Positions 18,599-27,794 of a DNA stretch of 64,000 bases are shown here, one piece after another. The position numbers and the translations under genes were made by a program. The DNA lies in NCBI GenBank assembly GCA_025929155.1, contig JAICMR010000002.1, positions 3,511 through 67,510 on the forward strand, read 5' to 3'. The notes under the pieces are model-generated. The model ran no database searches. It had not been told where the DNA came from and saw only the letters and a list, made by a program, of their open reading frames with translations. The DNA is from Chthoniobacterales bacterium (GTDB taxonomy: Bacteria > Verrucomicrobiota > Verrucomicrobiia > Chthoniobacterales > UBA10450). Position 1 is the stretch's first letter, and every line of letters starts with the position of its first letter.

Positions 18599-19732
18599 TC
18601 AGCCTGCATCGCGGCCGCTCTTCGTCGTAGTTTCGCCGGGAAATGCGTGCACCGGGGGGAGCACGTCGCGGAAGGTGGTGCCGTAAATGTCCCAGACGGT
18701 CAGGAATAGTCCGCAGACCAGCGGCCCGATGATGAAACCGATCGGCCCGAAAAGGAAGAGCCCGCCGAGCGTGCCGACGAGAATGAGGAGATCGGGCATC
18801 TTGGCATCTTTCCCGACCAAGCTCGGGCGCAGAATATTATCCACCGTTCCGACGACTGCCGCGCACCAAGAAAAGAGCAACACAGCGGTCAGGGTTTCAC
18901 CCATGATGAAGAGGTAGATTACCGCCGGCACCCAAACGAGCGCTGCACCGATCCCAGGCACAACCGACAACACCGCCATGACCGTTCCCCAAAAAGCCGA
19001 GCCTTGGATGCCCGCCGCCCAAAAACCAATTCCCGCCAACGCGCCCTGGATGGCGCCAATGACGAGCGTGCCTTTGATCGTCGCCCGTGTCACCGACCGG
19101 AGCCGCTCGAGCACGCGGACTTCGTCCTCGTGGTTCAGCGGGGTGTAATAAAAGATCTTCTCCAGCACTTTTCGGCCATCGCGAAGAAAGAAAAACATCG
19201 CGTAAAGCATGACGAAAAGGTTGAGGAGAAACGAAGCCGTCCCGGCGGTGAACTGCGTCGCGCTGGCGACCAGAAAACCGCCGGCTGCTTTCGCGAGCCG
19301 CCCGGCACCCTCCACAATCTCCGTCTGCTGCGGGACGTAATCGGCGAGCGCGGGAAAGCGCCGGACGAGCCAGTCGTGCGCGTTAAAGGAAGTAGCAGCG
19401 CCGAAATGTTGTTGGAGCCACGGCAGCGCCTCGTTGCTGATTCCGATAGCCTGCTGTACGACCAGCCCGACGAATGCGCTGACCGGTCCGGCGACGAGCA
19501 CAAAGAGGATCACCAGCGTCAGCACCGCAGCGAGCGATTTGCGCCCCCGGAACAAGCGCGTCAGCCAGCGATAAAGCGGCTGGAACAGCCCGGCGAAAAT
19601 GGCCGCGAGCAGCAACGGCTGAAGGAAAGGCCAGATCACGGCAATGAAAAGCACCGAGATTCCGAGCACCGCGAGGAGGACAAAACCGGTGCGGAAATTT
19701 CCCCGCCGAATGCTCGAAGGTTCCATGGTCAA
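18599..19732 (-). CDS. AI-2E family transporter (PerM/YhhT-like)
   Basis: 377-aa polytopic ORF: ...VGTLGGLFLFGPIGFIIGPLV... Family-typical length and C-terminal motif. Confidence 0.85.
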   Translation of the reverse strand: MTMEPSSIRRGNFRTGFVLLAVLGISVLFIAVIWPFLQPLLLAAIFAGLFQPLYRWLTRLFRGRKSLAAVLTLVILFVLVAGPVSAFVGLVVQQAIGISNEALPWLQQHFGAATSFNAHDWLVRRFPALADYVPQQTEIVEGAGRLAKAAGGFLVASATQFTAGTASFLLNLFVMLYAMFFFLRDGRKVLEKIFYYTPLNHEDEVRVLERLRSVTRATIKGTLVIGAIQGALAGIGFWAAGIQGSAFWGTVMAVLSVVPGIGAALVWVPAVIYLFIMGETLTAVLLFSWCAAVVGTVDNILRPSLVGKDAKMPDLLILVGTLGGLFLFGPIGFIIGPLVCGLFLTVWDIYGTTFRDVLPPVHAFPGETTTKSGRDAG

Positions 19733-20491
19733 TCAGTGCGCCGCCGCGCGACGGAGCGCGGTCGCTTCAGCCGCGACTTCCCGGAGTGCGGGGAGGAGTT
19801 CCGAAAGCGAATTTCCGGCTCTCGCCGGCGCCGAATGGAGTAGTTCTTCTTCGTGGTCGCCGAGACCTGAATCCTTCAGCCCGCGCAGCCGGCGTTGAAT
19901 CGTTTCACGAATGGCGTTGGCGTTATCGACCCCTCGAAAGAAAGCCGTGTGCAGGCTTTGGCTTTCTTCCAATCCGTTTTTCTTCCGCCGCGTCGGCGTC
20001 GAACCGCCGGCGGTGTCCACCCGTAGATCGGCAATGCCGAGCGCGCGCTGGATCGGTCCCTGCGAAATCGAGATGTTTTGGATATTCGCGAAAGTAATTG
20101 TCATCTCCCGCAGATTGAGAATGCCTTCACGCAGGCGGAGGCTCCGATCGGTGACGACATACCAGCGTTTCTCAAAATCGAGCCTAACGAGTGCGAGCCC
20201 GAGGAGCCGGCCGATCAGGAAGATTGTAATGATGATTTGCGGCAATCCGAGCAGAAGCTTGGGGAAATAATGATGCGGCGCTTGCTGGAGCGCGATGAGC
20301 GGGCCAACCTCGATGAAGACAAGGGCGAGAAGCAGTGCGCCGGTTCTGACAGCCCAGACGAAAAGAAGGTATCGATAATAGTTCGGCGCGGCGCGGAAGC
20401 GTACGGTGCTCCCTTCGTCGCCCGGTGGCGGCTCCGGATCGCCCGGGATGCGGAGGAGCCACTCGCAAAGCTGGCGGAACGCGCTAAACAT
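19733..20491 (-). CDS. Membrane bPH_2 (bacterial PH, YdbT/YdbS-like) domain protein
   Basis: Two TM helices followed by RWYVVTDRSLRLREGILNLREMTITFANIQNISISQGPIQRALGIADLRVDTAGG, the bPH_2/DUF304 pattern. Its stop directly abuts the AI-2E start. Confidence 0.75.
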   Translation of the reverse strand: MFSAFRQLCEWLLRIPGDPEPPPGDEGSTVRFRAAPNYYRYLLFVWAVRTGALLLALVFIEVGPLIALQQAPHHYFPKLLLGLPQIIITIFLIGRLLGLALVRLDFEKRWYVVTDRSLRLREGILNLREMTITFANIQNISISQGPIQRALGIADLRVDTAGGSTPTRRKKNGLEESQSLHTAFFRGVDNANAIRETIQRRLRGLKDSGLGDHEEELLHSAPARAGNSLSELLPALREVAAEATALRRAAAH

Positions 20492-21041
20492 CGGAGAGCG
20501 GCGGGCGTTTGCCTAACGATTGCCGCGTCTGGCGCAACTCGTCGCGAATTGTGCGAAGGAGGGCAACGATTTCCGGGTTGGCATCCTCTTCGGCCATTAT
20601 GTTTTGATCTCCGGGCGGAACTCCGGCCAACTTGGGTCCGGCATGGTAACCCCGCATCCGCGTGTAAAGAAAATCGCGGATGGCTTCGAAATTTTTGAAG
20701 CCTTCTATAATCAGCTCCGCGTCGGAAGAACCCGAAGCCGTCTGAATCTGGATATCCGCGAGACCGAACCAACGCTGCAGCACTCCCGAACGTAGATGAA
20801 TGTCCTGGATCCGCGCATATGTCAGATTCACCTCGCGCCGGAAAAGGATGCCCACCCGCATGTGAATCCCTTCCTCGTCGAACGTGTAGCGCAAGGAGTG
20901 ATAGCGAAAGTAAAGGTAAGGCAGGAGCACGATGAGTCCGGGACCCGTTAGGAGCGCGCGCACAATGTAGACATTCCACAACTCAGGATCGGGCGCAGAG
21001 AGCGCAAAGATCTCCTGCGAGTCAGGTGTCGGGACGGACAT
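20484..21041 (-). CDS. Membrane bPH_2 (YdbS-like) domain protein
   Basis: YTFDEEGIHMRVGILFRREVNLTYARIQDIHLRSGVLQRWFGLADIQIQTASG. ATG at 21041 chosen; the ORF-track start at 21089 is a GTG. Overlaps the next gene by 8 nt. Confidence 0.7.
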   Translation of the reverse strand: MSVPTPDSQEIFALSAPDPELWNVYIVRALLTGPGLIVLLPYLYFRYHSLRYTFDEEGIHMRVGILFRREVNLTYARIQDIHLRSGVLQRWFGLADIQIQTASGSSDAELIIEGFKNFEAIRDFLYTRMRGYHAGPKLAGVPPGDQNIMAEEDANPEIVALLRTIRDELRQTRQSLGKRPPLSDV

Positions 21042-21202
21042 GCGCTTCGAATCTACCGATGCGCGCGTCGGAGCGTAAAGCAGAACCACAGGAACCTGGG
21101 GATAAATCCCTGTCAGTTTATCTGGGCGCGCCCGGACTCCCTCAAAACATCAACCTGCCGCCCGGTTCACATTTCTCTGGTTTGCCAGTCTCTTTCTTTT
21201 CC

Positions 21203-22159
21203 ATGACGCTTCCGCAAGGCATGGAAACTTCGTCCGGCCACCTCACCCGTCGCGACGCTACGCGCTTGCTCATCGGCGCCGGCGCTACGTTGTTGCTCTC
21301 GCCGCGCATGAACGCTGCCCGAAACAACGCTGCGATTCTGACGCGCGCGATCCCTTCAACCAAAGAAAAGCTGCCCATCGTCGGCCTTGGCAGTTGGCAG
21401 ACGTTCGACATCGGCGCTTCGGCTGCAGAGCGCGCGCCGCTCAAGGAGGTGCTGCGACGTTTCGTCCAACTCGGCGGCAGCCTCATCGACAGTTCGCCCA
21501 TGTATGGCCGGGCTGAAGCCGTTATCGGAAACCTCACCAGCGAATTGCATTTGCGAGAGCAATTATTCCTCGCAACAAAAGTCTGGACGACCGGTCGCCA
21601 GGCGGGGATCGACTCCATGGAACGTTCGCTCGCGCGGCTCCGCACAAAATCGCTGGACCTTATGCAGGTGCACAACCTGGTCGACCTCGAGACCCAGCTC
21701 ACCACGCTCCGCGCCTGGAAAGAGGAAGGCCGGATCCGTTATCTCGGCATCACGCATTACACCGATAACGCCTTTCCGGAGATCGAAAAAATCCTGCGTC
21801 GTGAGCCACTCGATTTCCTACAGATCAACTACTCAATCGACGCCCGCGGGGCCGACGAGCGGATACTGCCACTGGCGCGCGATCGTGGCGTCGCCGTCCT
21901 GACTAACCGACCATTCGCGAGCGGCACTCTTTTCCGGCGGGTGCGCGGGCGGCCGCTTCCAGAGTGGGCGGCGGAATTCGATTGCCGGTCGTGGGCGCAG
22001 TTTTTCCTGAAATGGATTGTCGCGAACCCGGTCGTCACCTGCGCGATCCCGGCGACAGGAAAAGTGGATCATCTCGAGGACAACATGAGCGCCGCCCGCG
22101 GACGGCTGCCGGACGAGAAAATGCGCGCGCGAATGGCGCAATTTCTCGCGCGTGCCTAA
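21203..22159 (+). CDS. Aldo/keto reductase with Tat-like signal peptide
   Basis: Start re-set to the ATG at 21203 (MTLPQGMETSSGHLTRRDATRLLIGAGA). AKR motifs: GLGSWQTF, IDSSPMYG, LDLMQVHN, IRYLGITH. Confidence 0.85.
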   Translation: MTLPQGMETSSGHLTRRDATRLLIGAGATLLLSPRMNAARNNAAILTRAIPSTKEKLPIVGLGSWQTFDIGASAAERAPLKEVLRRFVQLGGSLIDSSPMYGRAEAVIGNLTSELHLREQLFLATKVWTTGRQAGIDSMERSLARLRTKSLDLMQVHNLVDLETQLTTLRAWKEEGRIRYLGITHYTDNAFPEIEKILRREPLDFLQINYSIDARGADERILPLARDRGVAVLTNRPFASGTLFRRVRGRPLPEWAAEFDCRSWAQFFLKWIVANPVVTCAIPATGKVDHLEDNMSAARGRLPDEKMRARMAQFLARA

Positions 22160-22164
22160 CGACG

Positions 22165-22896
22165 ATGACCGCACCGCTTCGTCTCGCGATGTGGTCCGGC
22201 CCGCGCAACATCTCGACGGCAATGATGCGCTCCTGGGGAAATCGGCTCGATACGGTGGTGATCGACGAGCCGTTTTATGCGTTTTATCTCCACGCCACCG
22301 CGAAGAAGCATCCCGGCGCCGGGGAAGTGATCGCGAGCGGCGAGACGGATTGGCGAAAGGTTGTTGCGCGCCTAACGAGGGATTCTCCGCCGGGGACGCG
22401 CATCATCTATCAGAAGCAGATGACGCATCATCTGCTCCCGCAGGTGGATCGGGAGTGGATTTTCGGCCTAACGAACTGCTTCCTGATCCGCGACCCAGCC
22501 GAAGTGATTTCCTCCTACCTTCGCAAAAACGACGAGCCCGAAGCAACGGACCTTGGATTCGTGCAACAGGTCGAGATTTTCGACTGGGTCCGCGATCGGT
22601 CAGGGAAAATCCCGCCAGTGATCGATGCTCGCGATGTGCTGGAAAATCCCGAGCGCTCGCTGCGGCTGCTTTGCGGAGCGGTTGGCCTTTCTTTCGATCC
22701 GGCGATGCTGAGCTGGCCGCCGGGTTTGCGGGAAACGGACGGCGTCTGGGCAAAGCATTGGTATGGCGAGGTCGCGCAATCGACTTCGTTCGGGGCAGCT
22801 AAGCCTAACGATGCGGTGGTGCCAGAGCGTTTGCAGCCGGTGTATCGGCGCTGCCTTGAATGCTACAACCGACTCTCACGCTATTGCCTGAGGTGA
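22165..22896 (+). CDS. Sulfotransferase-like P-loop protein of unknown function
   Basis: Start re-set to the ATG at 22165. The MWSGPRNISTAMMRSW N-terminus resembles a sulfotransferase 5'-PSB-like loop. 243 aa, 5 nt after the AKR stop. Confidence 0.6.
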   Translation: MTAPLRLAMWSGPRNISTAMMRSWGNRLDTVVIDEPFYAFYLHATAKKHPGAGEVIASGETDWRKVVARLTRDSPPGTRIIYQKQMTHHLLPQVDREWIFGLTNCFLIRDPAEVISSYLRKNDEPEATDLGFVQQVEIFDWVRDRSGKIPPVIDARDVLENPERSLRLLCGAVGLSFDPAMLSWPPGLRETDGVWAKHWYGEVAQSTSFGAAKPNDAVVPERLQPVYRRCLECYNRLSRYCLR

Positions 22897-22985
22897 TTTT
22901 TATCTCCGCAGATTCCAGAGATCGTTGGCCGTTGTCGGACCCGCCTCCACTTTGTGATCGAATCTGCGAAATCCGCGACTGATTT

Positions 22986-23897
22986 ATGCTCCAGCAATTC
23001 AACGAAAAGAACCGCCACCTGACTGTGAACATCAACGGCCGGCTGCTGCCGCGCGAGGAGGCGGGCGTCAGTCCGTTCGATTCCGCCGTGCAGGGTGGTG
23101 ACGCCGTCTGGGAAGGCCTCCGGCTTTATTGCGGCCGCATCTTTAAACTGGAAGAACACCTCGCACGACTTCGTCGTTCCGCCACGGCGCTTTCCTTTGC
23201 CGAGATTCCGCCTAACGAAACGATCATCGAGGAAATCCGGCGCACGCTGGCCGCAAATCAAATGTGGGACGGCGTCCACATCCGTCTCACACTCACGCGC
23301 GGCGAAAAGATCACTTCCGGCATGGACCCGCGCCTGAACCAACGTGGCCCGACGCTCATCGTGCTCGCGGAACACAAGGCGCCGGTTTACGCGACAACCG
23401 GCTTGTCGCTCATTACGAGCAACATTCGACGACCGCCGCCTGAAATCCTCGATCCGCAGATTCACCACGCGAACCTGCTCAACTCAATCCTCGCGAAAAT
23501 CGAAGCGAACCAGGCCGGCGCCGATGACGCGCTCATGCTCGACAGCCGTGGCTTCGTCGCCGAGACGAACGCAACGCATCTGTTTCTCGTTAGGCACAAT
23601 CAGGTCGCGACCAGTCGGGTGGTCGCCTGTCCGGCGGGGATCACCCGCGGCACGATTTTGGAGATTTGCGCCGCGGAAGGAATCGCCTGTGCGGAGGCAG
23701 ATCTCAGGGTCGAAGAGTTTCACCAAGCAGATGAAGTTTTCTGTTCCGGCACGATGGGAGAACTGGCGAGCGTCACGAAAATCGACGGCCGCACGATCGG
23801 CGACGGGCAAGTCGGCTCGATGACAAAACGCCTGAGCGCACTCTACGGCCGGCACACCCGAAGCGAAGGCACACTCGTCATCCCGAGCGAAGCGTAG
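22986..23897 (+). CDS. Class IV (fold type IV) PLP aminotransferase (branched-chain amino acid/D-amino acid aminotransferase or ADC lyase-like)
   Basis: 303-aa ORF: FDSAVQGGDAVWEGLRLY...HLARL...IRLTLTRG...ETNATHLFLV...GITRGTIL...SGTMGEL, the class IV aminotransferase pattern. Confidence 0.85.
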   Translation: MLQQFNEKNRHLTVNINGRLLPREEAGVSPFDSAVQGGDAVWEGLRLYCGRIFKLEEHLARLRRSATALSFAEIPPNETIIEEIRRTLAANQMWDGVHIRLTLTRGEKITSGMDPRLNQRGPTLIVLAEHKAPVYATTGLSLITSNIRRPPPEILDPQIHHANLLNSILAKIEANQAGADDALMLDSRGFVAETNATHLFLVRHNQVATSRVVACPAGITRGTILEICAAEGIACAEADLRVEEFHQADEVFCSGTMGELASVTKIDGRTIGDGQVGSMTKRLSALYGRHTRSEGTLVIPSEA

Positions 23898-23958
23898 CGG
23901 AGTCGAGAGATCCCGTGGAGCAGCCACGAAGCTCCGGCGCGTAGCTCCGGGAATGAAC
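23877..23958. repeat. Palindromic intergenic element copy (GTCATCCCGAGCGAAGCGTAGCGGAGTCGAGAGATCCC...CCGGGAATGAAC)
   Basis: Family core sequence. Its first 21 nt supply the last codons and stop (VIPSEA*) of the aminotransferase ORF. Confidence 0.6.
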
Positions 23959-24120
23959 CTCATTGTTCTTAAGCCGCGCCTGAGCCTCCCGAAAACTTCA
24001 CCGGTTCCTTCGAATCCATTTCGCTGCTGGGCGCCGCTCGGAATGTCCGCCGCTCAGGCGCGTTGACGTTCTTCGCCCCGGCGGATACTCTCGGCACCGC
24101 TCCCCTTTGCCCCTCCCCTC

Positions 24121-25824
24121 ATGCCGCTGCCTAACGAAGAGTACGTGCTCGACCTTCTCCGCGATGGCGGGCTTGTAACTCCGGCGCAGATCGACGAGGC
24201 GCGCGCGCGGCTCAACGGCAATCCCAGCGTCGTCGAAATCCTGCTCCACGACGGCGTCGTCTCTTCGCACGATATCTCGCGCCGCCTCGCCGGCGAGGCG
24301 CAGATGCCGTGGATCGATCTCTCGGGCATGATTGTGCCGCCGGATCTCATCGCCGAAATCAGCCCGGCGATGGCGCGCCGTTTTCGGATGATCCCCATCG
24401 CGCGGAGCGAAAACCGATTAGTCGTCGCAACCGGTGATCCCCTCGATTTCGACAGCATCGACAGCCTCACTTTTTTGCTCCAGCACGAAATCGAACTCGT
24501 CTGCACGAGCCCCGATCAAATCCGCGAGGAGCTCGTTAAGTACTACGGCGGGGCCAATGAAACGGCTGGCAACTCCTCTCGCGAGATCAGCCAGGTTGAT
24601 CCCGCCGACCTCGAGGTGAAAGGCGCGGAGGCCGCGGAATTCGAGACCGGCGATGCGCCGATTATCCGGATGGTCTCGCTGCTCCTGATCGAGGCGCAAA
24701 AACTGGGCGCGAGCGACATTCATCTCGAGCCGCTCGAGAAAAGTTTCCGCGTCCGGTTTCGGATCGACGGCGTCCTTCACGAGATGCAATCGCCGCCGAA
24801 GAAGTTGCAGTCGGCCATCATCAGCCGGCTCAAGATCATGACCGGCTCGATGAGCATCGCGGAGAAGCGACTCCCGCAGGACGGCCGCATCCAAGTGAAA
24901 ATGGGAACGAAGACGATCGACCTCCGTGTTTCCAGCATCCCGACAAATCACGGTGAAAGCATGGTGATGCGGCTGCTCGACAAAACCAGTTTGCTCCGCG
25001 GTTTACCGGAACTCGGTTTCCTGAGCGACGATCAGAAAACTTTTGAGCGACTGCTGCGCGCGCCGGATGGGATTTTGCTCGTCACCGGACCGACGGGTTC
25101 GGGGAAAACGACCACCCTTTACGCCTGTCTGAACGAGATCAACAAACCCGATTGCAAGATCATCACTGTAGAGGAGCCGGTCGAATATCAGATAAGTGGA
25201 ATTAACCAGGTGCAGGTGAATTCCGAGATCGGAATGACCTTCCCCACAGCGCTTCGGTCGATCCTGCGCCAGTCGCCGAACGTCATCATGATTGGTGAAA
25301 TTCGCGATCTCGAGACGGCTTCGATCGCGACCAACGCGAGCCTGACCGGCCACCTCGTTTTCAGTACGTTGCACACGAACGACGCACCCTCCGCGGTCGC
25401 GCGCCTGATTGATATCGGCGTGCCCCCATTTCTGGTTGCGACTTCGATTCGCGCGATCCTGGCGCAGCGACTCGTTAGGCGACTCTGCCCCAACTGTAGG
25501 AAATCAGGAAACCTTTCGGAGTCGGAGCTGCGCGCGCTCCGGCTCGAGCCCTCGCAACTCAGCGGCGCGAACGTGATGCGGCCGATCGGCTGCGCTGGTT
25601 GCCGGCAGACCGGCTACAAAGGACGGCTGGGAATTTTCGAGCTGTTCGAGATCGAGGACGAAGCACGGCACATGGTGAACAACCGCGCCTCCTCGCTCAA
25701 GTTGCGCCAGCGCGCGCGCGAACTCGGCATGCGCACCTTGCGCGAGGACGGCGTCCGCAAAGTCCTCGCCGGTTTAACAAGCGCGGAGGAAGTAATCTCG
25801 GCCACGCTGGGAGATTTGGATTAG
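24121..25824 (+). CDS. GspE/PilB-family type II secretion / type IV pilus assembly ATPase (copy 1)
   Basis: N-terminal GSPII_E_N-like domain, Walker A GPTGSGKTTTLY, Asp box, Walker B VIMIGEIRD, His box, tetracysteine CPNC...CAGC. Confidence 0.9.
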   Translation: MPLPNEEYVLDLLRDGGLVTPAQIDEARARLNGNPSVVEILLHDGVVSSHDISRRLAGEAQMPWIDLSGMIVPPDLIAEISPAMARRFRMIPIARSENRLVVATGDPLDFDSIDSLTFLLQHEIELVCTSPDQIREELVKYYGGANETAGNSSREISQVDPADLEVKGAEAAEFETGDAPIIRMVSLLLIEAQKLGASDIHLEPLEKSFRVRFRIDGVLHEMQSPPKKLQSAIISRLKIMTGSMSIAEKRLPQDGRIQVKMGTKTIDLRVSSIPTNHGESMVMRLLDKTSLLRGLPELGFLSDDQKTFERLLRAPDGILLVTGPTGSGKTTTLYACLNEINKPDCKIITVEEPVEYQISGINQVQVNSEIGMTFPTALRSILRQSPNVIMIGEIRDLETASIATNASLTGHLVFSTLHTNDAPSAVARLIDIGVPPFLVATSIRAILAQRLVRRLCPNCRKSGNLSESELRALRLEPSQLSGANVMRPIGCAGCRQTGYKGRLGIFELFEIEDEARHMVNNRASSLKLRQRARELGMRTLREDGVRKVLAGLTSAEEVISATLGDLD

Positions 25825-25885
25825 CCATGCGCTCCGAAGTAACCCAAGCCTGCTCGACAAATCAGGCAGGAATCTCTGAGTTACG

Positions 25886-27568
25886 ATGAATAACGAGCGC
25901 ATCGCCGACCTCTTGATCGAGCAAGGCCTGATGGATCGCGCGCAGGCCGACGATCTTCTTGAGACAACACAGAACGGAAAAACGATCGCCGCAGCCATCG
26001 TGGATAAAGGCGTTCTGGACGAAACCCAGTTTTACGAGACGCTCGCGGATGCGCTCGGCACCGAGGTGATCGACCTGAGCGAAATCGAAATCTCGGCGTC
26101 GATTTTAGAGCTGATCCCAGCTGGCCTCGCACGTTTGCATCGAGCGTTGCCGATCGACGTGCAAGAGGACGTGATCCGAGTCGCGCTGGTCGACCCGCTT
26201 GACGTGGAGACGATCGAGGACCTGCGGTTCGTCCTCGGGCGCGAGGTCCAGGTGGTGGTCGCGCCGGGCAGGCAAATTGAGGATCAACTGAAGAAGCATT
26301 ACGGCGAAGACGCATCCACCCTGGAGATTCTCAAACAGCTCGGCCAAAGCGGGCAGATGATGAATCCGGCCGGCAAAGAAGCAAACGGTAATGATGTCCA
26401 AGCCGAAGCGAACGCGACGCCGATTATCCGCTTCGTCGATCTCATTTTGCATCAAGCGATCCAGGATCGGGCGAGCGACATCCATTTCGAGCCATTTGAG
26501 AACGAATTCAAAGTTCGCTACCGCGTCGACGGCGCGCTTTACGAAATGACGCCGCCGCCGCGCCACCTGGCGCTTCCGGTGATTTCGCGCGTCAAGGTGA
26601 TGGCCAACATGAACATCGCCGAACGCCGGCTCCCGCAAGACGGCCGCATCCAGAAGAAGGTTGCCGGCCGTTCCGTCGATCTGCGCGTGTCGAGTTTGCC
26701 CACGCAGTTCGGCGAAAGTCTCGTGCTCCGCGTGCTCGATCGCGCGACTGTGAACCTCGATCTCGAGGCGCTCGGGATGCCGCCAGCTATCTACGACCAC
26801 ATTCTCGAGGTCGTCCATCGGCCGAACGGAATCTTCATTGTTACCGGACCGACCGGTTCCGGAAAAACGACAACGCTTTATTCGTGCCTGCGGAAGATCA
26901 ATACGATCGACTCAAAACTGCTGACCGCGGAAGAGCCGGTCGAATACGACTTGGAAGGCGTGATCCAGGTGGCGGTGAACGACGCGATCGGCTTGAGCTT
27001 CGCACGCGTTCTGCGGGCGTTTCTCCGACAGGATCCCGATCGTATCATGATCGGTGAAACCCGCGATCTCGAGACGGCGCAAATCGCCATCCAAGCCGCG
27101 CTCACCGGCCATCTCGTGTTCACGACGCTGCACACCAGCGATGCTCCCGGCACAGTCGTGCGGCTCATCGACATGGGCGTGGAGCCTTTCCTGATTTCCT
27201 CGACGCTCGACTCGGTTTTGAGCCAGCGCTTGCTCCGCCGCATTTGCGACGACTGCAAAACCGCCTATCGGCCCAACGAGTCACTCCTGATGCAGTTGAA
27301 TTTCGAGCCGGGCGAAATTGGCCAATGCGAATTTTACTACGGCGCCGGCTGCGAACGTTGCCATCGCACCGGCTACAAAGGCCGCATTGGCATTTACGAG
27401 TTGATGAAGATGAACGACCCGCTCCGCGAGTTGATTAATCAGCGGCCGCCCTCGGTCGTGTTGAAAGAAAAGGCGATCGAGCTGGGCATGACAACGCTGC
27501 GGCAGGATGGCATCCGGTGCATTTTCGACGGCCAAACCACGGTCGAGGAGGTGCTGAAATATACGTGA
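25886..27568 (+). CDS. GspE/PilB-family ATPase (copy 2, tandem paralog)
   Basis: Same architecture as copy 1: GPTGSGKTTTLY, RIMIGETRD, CDDC...CERC. It is collinear with copy 1 but clearly diverged. Confidence 0.9.
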   Translation: MNNERIADLLIEQGLMDRAQADDLLETTQNGKTIAAAIVDKGVLDETQFYETLADALGTEVIDLSEIEISASILELIPAGLARLHRALPIDVQEDVIRVALVDPLDVETIEDLRFVLGREVQVVVAPGRQIEDQLKKHYGEDASTLEILKQLGQSGQMMNPAGKEANGNDVQAEANATPIIRFVDLILHQAIQDRASDIHFEPFENEFKVRYRVDGALYEMTPPPRHLALPVISRVKVMANMNIAERRLPQDGRIQKKVAGRSVDLRVSSLPTQFGESLVLRVLDRATVNLDLEALGMPPAIYDHILEVVHRPNGIFIVTGPTGSGKTTTLYSCLRKINTIDSKLLTAEEPVEYDLEGVIQVAVNDAIGLSFARVLRAFLRQDPDRIMIGETRDLETAQIAIQAALTGHLVFTTLHTSDAPGTVVRLIDMGVEPFLISSTLDSVLSQRLLRRICDDCKTAYRPNESLLMQLNFEPGEIGQCEFYYGAGCERCHRTGYKGRIGIYELMKMNDPLRELINQRPPSVVLKEKAIELGMTTLRQDGIRCIFDGQTTVEEVLKYT

Positions 27569-27599
27569 CGGATGCGCCTAACGAAAAGCTTCGAGAATT

Positions 27600-27713
27600 A
27601 TCATCTGAGGAGAGCGAGGGATCTCGCAAGCGCTATGCCAATCCCTTCCCACGACTGCCCTCACACGACGCTTGCGAGATCGCTCGACTTCGCTGCGCTC
27701 CGCTCGGGATCAC
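27600..27713. repeat. Palindromic intergenic element copy with an internal 13-bp perfect stem
   Basis: Left arm ATCATCTGAGGAGAGCGAGGGATCTCGCAAGCG. Right arm CGCTTGCGAGATCGCTCGACTTCGCTGCGCTCCGCTCGGGATCAC. 27620-27632 is the exact complement of 27669-27681. Lies between pilB-like copy 2 and the pilC-like gene. Confidence 0.7.
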
Positions 27714-27794
27714 AAAGCTAGTTCGCCGTCGCGGCGAAAGCTCGACACTTGTTTCTTCGCACTCTATTCTCGCCGGCGTTCATGATCCCCCCGT

